64,000 bases of DNA from Klebsormidium nitens. Its lineage: Eukaryota > Plantae > Klebsormidiophyceae. Every line of letters begins with the position of its first letter. The first letter of the stretch is position 1. Of this stretch, positions 24,077 through 35,400 are shown piece after piece. The stretch is taken from contig DF237078.1 in assembly GCA_000708835.1 (NCBI GenBank), positions 117,143-181,142 of the forward strand, written 5' to 3'. The position numbers and the translations under genes were made by a program. A model generated the notes under the pieces. The model made no database searches, was not told where the DNA came from, and worked only from the letters and a program-made list of their open reading frames with translations.

Positions 24077-26010
24077 GGCGGCGTGCGAGGAGATTGTGTC
24101 TGTTCGTGTTGTGCTTGGGGATGCTATGTTGAAGAGAGAATATTCAAAAAATGTTCGTCTGACCTGGCCCGAACTCCGCTCATGCACTGGGCCGGAATGC
24201 ATGTAATATCTAACGCATTTGCAAGAATATGTTCGTGCACGCAGGCATGTGCAGATGTTGAAAGGGCGGACGAGCTCAAGGTCATCATGGCATGCCGTCA
24301 GGCTCCATCATGGCATACGGCCAAGCTATTCCTGGCCGCTTGAGCTGCCAATACTTGTGTTCGAGATGTCGAACTTTCTTGCTTTCGGAGCTAGCTGTTG
24401 TTCGACAACCCGAAGATGACCGTAAATGCGACTGAGATCGAGCTGCTGCCGGCGAGCTTGGATTGTACTAACGCTGCATGTGAGCTAGCTGACGGTAATT
24501 ACATCATTCAATAGCTGCTAAAGCTCCGGGGCCCGCGGCTAGGCATATGGCCTGTCTAGGCCGGGCCCACTGCGTCGTAATTTTGCCCGGACATATAACG
24601 AGCTATGCGGATTTTGATCGCAATTAGCGCTTTCAAACCAGATTAATGTACCGTATATGATATAACATGGCATGTACATATCATACATACATACATCACA
24701 TTATAAAGCCCGTACCGAGGCATGGGGCTTAATTGAGTACATGGGTTCGGGGCCGAGTTCTACCTAACAAGCTAATTGATCTACATGATCTGATCTACCT
24801 GCAAGCAAGATCTTATATACTGGCATGGTTTCTCTTTATGAATGTGCCAATACACCCGGGCCAGCGCGCTTGCAGAATGAAGAGAAGAAAACTTAAACCG
24901 CTTGCATCGCATGTAGTGATTGATTATATAACGACATGGTAAATGTGTGATTTGCAGCTAGACGACCACATGAGCTGACTAGTGTACGAAGTATATTCCT
25001 ATTATAAGAACCAAAAATGCATATCTGCCACAATCTCACATGTATCTCTAGTGCAATGCATGTCCGCCGGGTAGCTGACTCGGCCGACAATTTTACTGTC
25101 GGGTTAAAGCAGATTTGTTCCGACGTAGTCTTGACGGTATGACAAGTCACAAAACTCAACCAACGCGCTTCTGCATGACCGTGTCACCCATGCAATGATT
25201 TCACTAGCGTTTCTGAGTGACCCCTTTATTGTTTCGACTCAAACGAGTAGTTTAGCTGAAATATCTTTAAGCCCAGTAGTTACGCCACTGGGATAAAGTA
25301 GCATGTCATGTTATAGCCATGTTGCTTCGTAGTCAGAAACTGCTTGGTGACTGGAGTGGTAACATTTTTTGATGAAGGGGCCGGATTCCGAAATTGTTTA
25401 TTTTCATGCGCCATGGGCCCAGGTGCCTAAGCGTGTATAAAAAGAAGTGGCCGTTGTCATGTGAATTCATGCGCGGCATGTGTGGCTGAGTATGCACGTC
25501 ATGGTGACGTGTGTTTGAAGTTGGATATCATGCATCAGTAGACTGTCACCCAACCCGATGTTTTTGAGGTGATACAATTCAAGTCTCGCACTCAGGCTGG
25601 ACGGTCAGATTCGGAAAAAAGGAGTTTGGCGGATGGAGCTTTGGCTGCAGTGAATGGCTTGAAGTTGCATGAAGTTGCATGAATGGCTTGCAGTAATTAT
25701 TCACGATAAAGCATGGTTGCGAAGCAACTGTCCACGATTGCCCAGACACTAATACGACCCTATCATCCAATCGTTCCTTTGGCAAGCCGACCTCGATATC
25801 ATCTGCCTTGACAAACAGATCCGCTCCTCAGATTTCTCATTTCAAGCTCTTCCTTTGACATGGCCTCCAGTGGGCAAGCCGCCCACCGTCTTATTATACC
25901 AAAATTGCGATCACAAGTGTTAACAATGGCAGATAACTTACAGCGGACCGAGCCAGCTAAACTGCATTCTAGTCGAGACTTGGCATTCGCTGCAATGCGC
26001 AACCTGGGCT

Positions 26011-29000
26011 CTACATCATGTTGATCTTGCCGTTGAGGCCGTTGGGGAAGAAGAGACCCTTGTTCCCGCCCGCGCACACGATCGAGATGACCTCGGACGT
26101 CGTGCGGACGTACGTCAGGGAGTCGCCCTCCGTCACGGCGCGCAGCTGCGTGAAGCCGTCGGCGACCAGGGGAGTCTCCTTGCCACCGCCGAGGGCGGCG
26201 CGCAGGGCGACGATCAGGTTGCCGATGTCGCCAACCGTCACTCCGTAGCCGGTGACGACGCTGACGAACTCGGCGAGCTCGGCACGGACGGCACCCGCGT
26301 GGTAGGCCTCCACGCCGAGGATGCGGGCGGCGACCTGCGGGGCGGAACCGGAATCCGGTGAGCGGAATCCCTTGGATTTCGAACTTTGGACTGACAATCA
26401 CCCAAGGCTGAAGAAAACTGGGAAAGCATAGGACGGATCTTCAGGATCAGAAGCGGAGCAGCTTCGAAAGAGTTGCGTGCAGCTATGATGCGACCGAAAG
26501 GAGAAGAACAGAACATTGGATTCGGAGGCAATGAGAAGCATTGATGCTCACCCCAGCGACGTTCTTGTCGCTGAACAGAGGGACGGCACCCTGCAGACCA
26601 GAAAGGGAGGCGGGTCAGCAATGTAGGTGACTGCAAAATAATGAGGACTCTGTGCAAGCACATCGAAAGGTGCAGGGCGCAGAAACAGCCCTTTCAAGTT
26701 GCCCTTGCCGATGGATGAGCATATTACGCCGCAAGCGACTTGGACTTTGCACCCAACCGAGAAGAGTTGCGGTCCACACTTTGTCTCTCAAAGACATTTT
26801 CATGGGAACAGTTGAAGACAATCGAGCAAAACCGGGTTCACTTACGCCATAGGCAGTCACACCGACGTCCTCGAAGATGAAGGCGCCGAGCAGGAAGGTG
26901 ACGTCATCGGTGTAGGGGCTGAAGGGGGGGTCCAGGGTGGCATTGGCGGCAGCGTTAGCAGCGACGGCGAAGGCAGGGCCGATGTCGATCGCGGGCTCAG
27001 GGACCTGTACCGAGCGTAAAGTCTTTCGTGAGCTGGCTTTTACGTGGATGGGTATGTGAGCTGCTTTTTACGTGGATGGGTAGATGGAAGTTGCACGATA
27101 TGGATTGCCTTGACGCCAACGTCAGCGAGGGAGGATAAGGGTTGGCCTTGGCAGGGGTGAATTTGAAGCAGGTGACGTCTGCAGTGTTAGAACAAAGGCC
27201 CGAATTCAAATCTTGACACTCGAGCCCTTCCAAGGGTCATGGGGCACCGAACGGTCTTGCCAGTACTTGCTCATCCTGCCAATCCTGGTATCTGGTCGAT
27301 GCGTCTGCAAACCAGACTTCGTATGACTCTGCCATTCCTAACAGGTCGCCAAGGAGGATGATGTGGATTCGATTTACTGGGAGACGGGAGCACTTACAGC
27401 GGCGTCACCCAGAGCGGTCCTGAGGAACTTGACGTGGTTGATCTCGTCCTGCAAACGAAGGCGGACAGGAATGACGTCAGCATTGACTTGCATTTCGCTG
27501 GAACACCTCAGGTGAACGCTATGGTCAGAGACGAGACAAAAGGCTGCTGCAAAGGAGAGCCAGCGTGTGCGTTGCATCATACCCTGCGTCAGACCCCAGC
27601 GTTCGAATCCCATCAGCTCACACAAACGAAAGGAAGACCGGCCTTCTGGTCCGGCTCCAAGGACATCAACACGTGTAAGATGGCGCCAGATATACGTCAT
27701 ATTGATGACTCACAATGGCAATCTGCTCGGCATATGCCTGGGCGTCGGCAGAGAGGGACGCCTTTTGTCCACCAATGACGGGGCCTCCTCCACCGGTGAG
27801 GCTGCTCTCCAGACCCTTGCCGAAAGCAGCCCACGAGTAGAACTCGCCCTCCAAATACTCCAGGTTCTGAACAGCAGAGGGGGCTGGGTCAGCATGGGGA
27901 CCCACTGTGCATACTGGTACACATTTGAAAATGGAATTTCAGAATGTGTGACATCAGTGGTTGCAGGAGGATACAGGACTGGTCTCAGGTATCGGCTTCT
28001 AAGCCTTTTGAAATGAGCAAAACTACAGGACAAGCCGGCATGTGACCCACAGTGAATGAAGAGCTGCTGCGAATTGTCTTCGAAAATGATGAGGACAGGT
28101 AGGGCTCAGCGTGAGTACGGGGGAATGGGGCGAGTACAGAGGAATGAGAAAGAGTCTACGGGCAGATCTTTCGTGCAACTTTCCCATAGTCGTGAAAAGC
28201 CGGCTGCTCCTTTGTCGAGTCTGTCCACATTCAAAGAGACACTGCCCTGCATTTAAATCTGGAAACAACCGGTGCTTTAGCAGAAAGCTTCTGATTGGTT
28301 GCTGTAGATGTTTTTGCTTACCAGAGCAAAGTTGAGGATGTCAGCATCAGTGATGGGCCCAGCAGTGGGGGCGGGTGTCCCAGCGGTGGGGGCGGGCGTG
28401 TCCGTAGCGGTGGGCATAGGGGTGGGGGCACCTGCAAATGAGCGGAAGGAGCCCATGTCAAAGGCGTATGGGGTATACTTTTTGCCGCACTCTCGAGACA
28501 GCGATGTGTGGAGGCTTGCTCTTGGAGTGCCGAGGCCCACCAGGTTGAGATTATCCACTCTGCTTGATATGGCTTTTAGGGGAGTCCACATAAATTGGGG
28601 GCCCTTGATACAAGGCAGGCATGCAACTAAGCACCGTCGTTCTTAGATTCTGCCTTCTGAGGGGGTGACAAAGTGACCCCTATCCAGCTCCATCCAAGTT
28701 TTTGGTACTAGAAGGACTGCCCAAAACGCCCGCCTCATTCTGACAAGCGCGGGAGCAATGTGACAACATGGAGGTGTAGCACTCAGTCCCTTGCAGGTTC
28801 ACCGAGGGGCTCTTAGACAGACACAGTCATGATGAGCTGGCTAAGATAGGCAAGCTGGGATGAGGAAATGTCATAAAGGTGGGGGAGAGCCCTACCTGGG
28901 ACGACGCCAGCTCCGGCGACCACATTGGAGGTACCAGTGGCGACACAGTCGGGGGTGGACAGGCCAGAGCAAGAAGTAGCGGGGGTAGGGCAGCAGAAGA

Positions 29001-30159
29001 AAGTCTGCAAAGGGTAAGAGCTATGTCAGCATGGTAAGAAGTTGGGGGGCGAACCAGCATGTTCAAATGAAGGGAAATAATCAGGGAAAGGTGTGGGAAC
29101 AAATAGGTGACAATAAGGGTCAGCAAAAGTATGCTTTGGAGGAGGGGGTCAGCATTGGAAACAGAAATGTGTGGAGGAGAAATGGTGGACGAGAATGTTC
29201 GTCTGACACGTTGAAGTAGCAGGTGTCGGCAGTGCCTGCATCTGTTAACATGTGTTTCTGAGGAAATAAGATTCCAAAGGAATGCCAAACAGGGAGTGTG
29301 AAGTCTAGGCTAAAGGGTGTGATGTCTGGGCTATAGAGCAATGCGGGTCACTCTCATGTTTCGTGCCGTAGAGAAGCAACTGGCCAAGTCTGGGGCAGGA
29401 CTGTAGCACGGGAAGTTACTCGACAACAGATCCAGGAGATAGATGGTCCACAAAGGGCAGTGGCATGATGGAAGCTTGTCATGGGCTTTTGTATAATGCA
29501 GGTGTTGATCTTCTCTGGTTCAATAGCAACTCGCTGTGATCACAAGGATCGCTAAATTACTCAATCCAAGGTCCTGAACTGCCCGTGCAAAATGTGCCAC
29601 AACTCTCATCTTGAGATCCAAGGCTTTTGTGCGAACCACCATACTTGAGCAATGCCAGAGATCTGCGGCTTTTGCGCCAAACTCCATATCTGGCAACCAA
29701 TGCCCCAGTATATCACCAAACTTGGAAGGTGCAATGCCAATGAAATTCTCGCTCTGGGGTCCCAAAACGTCTATCATTGCTCAAACCCCTGGAGAAACTA
29801 AATGCTGCAACAACATCCTCAGCCAAGAAAGCAAGTCCCCGGAACTTTAGAGGTCTGCACAGATACCCAGAATCCTCTTCTTTGGGACTGAGGTCGTCTG
29901 AAAAGCTACCAGCGGGGACAGAGAAGCAAAGGCACATTCTCCTAGGAGAGGAGGCACTTTAGAGCAACCGCTTCAACACCAGATCCAGCTCGGAGAGAGG
30001 CCAGCTCCGGAAAGCAGCAATTAATGTTGATTGTGAGGGCAGACTACTTACGCCCGTGGAGGTGTAGCAACCGGTGAAGTCAGCGCTGGGGCAGCTCTGC
30101 GCGGCGGCGAGCGCCACGAGGGCGGCCACCGCAGCGGCGAACAGGGCGACGCGCGCCAT
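26011..30159 (-). CDS. Secreted ferritin-like desiccation-related protein (PCC13-62/Ferritin_2 family) with an N-terminal Cys-rich module and Pro/Thr linker (~350 aa)
   Basis: Exons 30159-30052, 29004-28896, 28431-28322, 27866-27714, 27448-27398, 27004-26846, 26590-26552 and 26334-26011, all in phase. Signal peptide MARVALFAAAVAALVALAAA. Family motifs D.DILNFALNLEYLE.EFY, DEINH..FLR, FEDVGVTAY and ILGVEAYHAG, which include the putative di-metal Glu/His ligands. Confidence 0.92.
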
Positions 30160-30399
30160 GGCGAAGAGCAGAGGCTAAGGAATTTGGACCCTTGAGCTGC
30201 TGTTCGAAAGGAATGCAAGTTGTGAACTAAACGCTTCAAGAATTCAGAGGTGTTACGATACGAGCCGCTGGTGTGGCGATTGCAGTTCGCAAGCTGAATC
30301 GAACGTGAGGGCCCCCGAGGGGACGTGCTGCTGAGTGCAGTCTTTTGCTCGACGTGCTACCGTAGCTGCAAGACGCAGTGCATGCGGCAGTGCCTGATT

Positions 30400-30902
30400 G
30401 TACGCAGTAGAGGTTGAGCAGTACTGCATGATTGGACGGTGGCGTCCTGAGAATCGGCACTCCGGCCACAGCCTACACATTGTACCTAGTAGGTACTACT
30501 GGCTTCGAGTACAATGTGGTACATACCGCTGAGGTACCTACCTATGCTGTTGGGTATACCTATAAGCTGTGGTCATTCTCAAATCGTGTTCGGGTCCAAT
30601 ATTGACAACCGGTCACCGGCCCTCAACCAAAATATCCATGTCGCACGACAACTGTGGATAGTCAGCTTGAAAGGCGATCGGACGGTTGCATATGGCAAAA
30701 TCTAAGATCTGCCCACTCAGGTTACCAGACCCGGGGCCCACTGAGGGCCGGGGGAGCCCCGCCGCGGACATTCCGGTAAACCTGCAGTCAATGGTCACAT
30801 ACGGTACCTACGTACAGGCAGATTTTACCAGTGCAGGTACCGTAACAAAATTGTCACACTAGGCACCGCACTGAGCACTCGTTCCCAGTACCTATTGTGT
30901 AC
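30400..30902. promoter_or_regulatory. Cluster of 12 GTAC motifs upstream of the ferritin-like gene (possible SBP-box/CuRE sites)
   Basis: GTAC at 30400, 30421, 30482, 30493, 30509, 30519, 30534, 30804, 30812, 30837, 30888 and 30899. About 2 are expected in 500 bp at uniform composition. Function is inferred only. Confidence 0.4.
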
Positions 30903-31375
30903 GCGTTGAGCGCTCTGAGGCTGAGGGCTCGAGTTCCGTGTTTGTCGAGAAATCGCGTCATGGAGCGTGCCGTCGATCCCGTGACAAGATCTGTATCCTT
31001 GAGCTGCCGGCTACAAGCCTTCCACGTGGACATCCATATATGCGAAGGATACGTCTTGACATCAGCGGATCCTCTAAACGTCACACCTTGCAAGATAGAC
31101 GTCACTAAGCCTTGACGTCACAAAAGCACTAGATATTATTCCTCGCCGTTGATTGGCTGAGCAGTTACTGTGTCAGCTTCAAAGCCAATCACATGAAAGG
31201 AGAGCCGGAAATATTGTCTGCTGACGTATAATCTCATATCATTGGGAAGATGCCGAATTTGTTGGTCACTTCATGCGTGTACGGATCCCGGACTCAGCCG
31301 ACTTCGGGGAATCAGGTACTGCAACAAACATTGGATTATAGCATTTATAATTGGCCCCCTTTCCATCTCCAAACA

Positions 31376-31448
31376 TCCGTTGTAGTCTAGTCGGTTAGGA
31401 TACGCGGCTCTCACCCGCGCGACCCGGGTTCAAATCCCGGCAACGGAA
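31376..31448 (+). tRNA. tRNA-Glu(CTC): tRNA-Glu, anticodon CTC (intronless)
   Basis: Acceptor stem TCCGTTG/CAACGGA plus discriminator A. Anticodon arm CGCGG-CT[CTC]AC-CCGCG. B-box GGTTCAAATCC. The sequence resembles plant nuclear tRNA-Glu, and an AT-rich TATA-like tract lies ~30 nt upstream. Confidence 0.98.
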
Positions 31449-31451
31449 CAC

Positions 31452-31456
31452 TTTTT
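31452..31456 (+). terminator. RNA polymerase III terminator (T5) of the tRNA-Glu gene
   Basis: TTTTT beginning 4 nt after the tRNA 3' end. Confidence 0.8.
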
Positions 31457-32419
31457 ACTAGTTAACGTTAGCAATTGGCCGACTGGCTTTCACCTTGCCC
31501 CCCGAGCCCCCCCGCTTTTTCCTCTTTGAGCCTTTGTTGCATTGCATGTGAGTGATCGATAACTTTATCAGCATTGCGGTCACTGTGCATGCCTACTGCA
31601 GGACCTATAGTATATGATGCACATGCTGGTGCCGGTCCAGAGACTGAGAACTTGCGTCGCTATACTGTTTAACAATCTGCACTTCCTTTTTAAGTGTGAC
31701 GCTCATGGGGCAGACGAACACCTTGCTATTTTTGTCTTTGAAAAGAGGTACCGACTTTGGGTCTAGTTACTTGCCCTTCGATACCACATGTGAATGCCAT
31801 GCCATGACTCTTGCCATGTTGCACCTATAGGTGCCCCCCGGCCCAAAACTCAAAAATGACAATCCTCGGGACTTGTTGATAGCAACAGTGGTAGGTTGTT
31901 GAAGTGAGTTGCGCAGTGCTGCCTCTCCATATTCAGACCTTGTGCATGTCCAATCAAAAGCATGCAATTTGGTACAATGTTCCACTCCGCGTCAATATAC
32001 TGTTGTGCTGTCTTTATCATGACATGCAGAAAACAAAAGCATGCTAAAATAGGATCAGCGAGTCTGAGCTCATGATCTATTGCCAAGAATGTAGTGTTGC
32101 AAAATGAATATCAAACGAGCATATATGTTTTAAGTGACATATGTTGTGCAAAGCACGCTGCCAAATTGCAACAGACGCAATAGGTAAGACTGCCGAGTGC
32201 AGGTCGGCTAGTCAAGTGAACACATGGACGCCTACTACAGTAGCAATACGGCTTTACTTACGCATAGGCTAGTCTGGAAGCTGCCCGCCAGTGAGGACAG
32301 ATTTGCATCGGTGGCTCTAGACGTTGAATGCATACCATGCTTGATAACAACAGCGGCAGAATGAGAAAGCACAGAAGGCCATCATGTCGCTTGATTTTTC
32401 GTTGCAAGCCACCTCTTCA

Positions 32420-35400
32420 TCATCGGGGTGCGGAACGACTCCCAAAAAAGGTGGCCACGACCAAAGCTACCCCCGCGCTCATGGCGGCTCCAACAAAGGT
32501 GCCTGGACCAAGACGCTTCTTGTGGTTCGCCAATGCCGTGTTGTGAGCGGCCAGCATGGACCGCTCTCTCATGAGGGCAGCTTCCAGTGTCTCCCTAGAA
32601 AAGAATCAAGATGCAGGTTGTGGGTCACAACGGTGGTGCGTCCTTGCTTGCTTACACACCAACTTGCAGTGGCATCCCAGATGATCCAGGCAGCTAGGTG
32701 CAATAACAGGGGGAGATGAGGATGAGCCGAGTCATTGCGGGTATTCTTAACCCACTCCTGATCATTGCCCAAAAACATATCGAAGATCAACGTAAGGTTT
32801 CAACATCCTGATTTCAGGGAACCCGGCCCTCGGAGAGGGGTCCCCTGCGGGACTCTCACTTCTATCCACCAGAACGCGTTGCAATCTGACACTCCATGAT
32901 CTCCGTTTTGCTTCTGCATGATTGGTCCCCCCCGCACCCAGATCCACATTGGGCAAACAACCAGAGAGGAAAACAATAAAACGAGGGACGGAGTAGTGCG
33001 CTCACCTGAGCGCCTGTTCCTCGTTCATCTCCAGCGCGCTGTGCACGAGGTCGCGCAGCTCGCGCACTCCCTCCACCGGCAGTACCAGCTCCTTCCGCCG
33101 GAACGGGTTCAGGCTGCGGGGGGCGGCCGCCACAAACGACGCCGCCCCCTGAAACGTGCCCCCGGAGCCCGCAAAGTTTGGAAGCTCCATCGTGCTCAGT
33201 CGACCCGCTCCTAAACTCGACAAACTCTCCGAGATCGACGCGATGGGCGCTTTTGAGCTATTCAAACCCTCCCCCGGAGGTCGAGTCGGCCCCGCCTCTG
33301 GCTTACTCTCTCCTCGGCTGACATCCTCCCCTCCTTCAGACTTCGCCTCGGCGCTCCCCCTGGCGCCTTCCGCTCTTTCATTCCGTTCGGTCTCCTTGCC
33401 GTCCCCCCTTCCCGAGACCGCCGCAGCAGGTGGGACCAGCTTGGCCCGGTCTGCTGGGTGCAGAGCCCCCTGCACGACGTACGGCCGCGAATTGACGATT
33501 GCCACGTGGCTCGGGGGGATGTGGTAGGCCTCCATGACCGAGGCCGCGGCCGGGTAGCGCCGCTCCGCGCTGCTGGCAAACTTGTTCGTGACTGCCAGGA
33601 TGAGCGGTACACCCGAGGAGCGCACCTGGGGGAGCGGAAAACAATCGTTGACGTCAGCAAGGGTACAACGATGCGTTTCTCTGCGGACATGTCTGTTGGT
33701 CGAGGTCATGTGAGCTGACGAAGTAATCAGAAACGACTGGCCGAAAAGGAATCCAATCTTATCGATCAGCACCGCCGCTGCCCTCAAAAGAGTGATGAAG
33801 AGCAGCCGAACCCAGAAGCTTGACGAGCGGCTTCTTTGGGGCCGGAAACAAGAGACTTTCTGGACCTATGTAATTCATTGAAAGAACTCATTCCAACGGC
33901 CCTTCTCACCTCGTCGAGGAGCAGCGAGAGCGCGGGCTTGTCGAGCGGCTTCCCGCGCGGCCCCCGCAGCTGCGGAATCTTGCTGGCCAGGTTGTGGACG
34001 AGGACGACTGCGTCGACTCGCCGGCCCAGAGGCCCCGCGTGGGGATGCAGCTCACGGTTCAAGGTCTGGGCGTCCCCGGGTAGGTCCTGGAGCGAAGGTC
34101 AAAAAAGATAAACTAAAAATGCAGGATGAAGGAGAGAGGTGTCGCCGGATGAGAGCTCGCTGTCGTGGATCTCAAGAAAAAAGCTACAAGGAGCCAACCA
34201 AAAGGGGCAGAAAAAGAACAGAAAGCAAAGAATTTCAATGAGATCTGGATTCTTCCCATGGAAAGTGCCGAGTGGTGACCGTTATCGTTTTGCCTGAGGA
34301 ACAAGATATGACAATCGTAAGGCCCCAGTGGAGGCGGCATGTCGGAACGTAGCAGAGCAGAGAGCTTCGTGACCGCCGTAAGCTCGTACACGAAGCGCGG
34401 ATTCACAACTTACAAAATATCCCGGCTATTGTATGAGCAAGAGAAAGCTACCCATCAGTCTACCCTCGTTCCAGTCAAGCTGTGGCTCCACATGGTCACA
34501 CCCAACTCTTCTCCAATAAACTGCATCGGCACTCTATCGCTGACATACCTGCAGGTTAACCCCGACACCGTCCACGTAACCCACGCCCTCGGCAACCCCT
34601 TCCCGCCACTCTAGATCCGGCACCACCCCTAGATCGTCCCACAGCGACGGCTCCCCCTGTTGGCCCATCAGCGCCGACCAAAGCGAAGTCTTCCCCGCGC
34701 CTTCCAGCCCGATCAACCGCACGCGCCGTAACCGCATCGCCACGCTTTTGCTGCTCGTGTCAAAATCGCTGCTGCAGTGAACGACGACCTCGCCCGTCGG
34801 GCCCTCGTCGTACCACCCCCGGAACTCCTCCTGCGACAGGGCCTCCTCCAGGGAAGGTATAGGCGTCCCCCCGGGGCGCCACGGCAGGGGGGGAAGCCTA
34901 AAGCTCCGCCGCCAGAGCGCCCAGCGCGGCTCGGGGGCCTCGTCAGAGGCTGGGATGTCGGTTTGCTGGTCTGTGGGCTGGGCGTCGCCGGCTTGAGCGG
35001 GGCCCGGGTCGGAGTTGGGGGGGAGGTTGCGGTCGCCCCGGCCTTGGTTGCGAAGAGGGGGCCCGATGTGAACGCGTATACTCTGCGGGAGGATGTTTCA
35101 AGTTAGAGGGAAGGATTGGGATTGGTGTGTCATTATCGGCTTAACCATGCAGATCCTAGGAGGCAGAAGGCTCTGGGACTTCAGTGCACTGAGGGCCGAC
35201 CCGGCAATGTTCTGGTGCAGTCAAACCAGCTGACTCGGACAAGCTACGAGCCTAAAAGATGCCTTTGAGAAGCGTTTTTGAAAGTGACGAGAGATCGGGC
35301 GAACAGCATGGAGCCTACACAAGTAGAATTGCAGAGAAACGTGGCCTGATTGTAAGATGTGCAAGAAGGCCAGAGTGATCAAAGTGCGTGTCCAATATGC

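Noticed and set aside
27125-27190. Exon-like segment DVTCFKFTPAKANPYP in a ferritin-like gene intron
   Set aside because: Its phase is incompatible with the flanking exons, and its similarity to the downstream exon is limited to about 19 nt.
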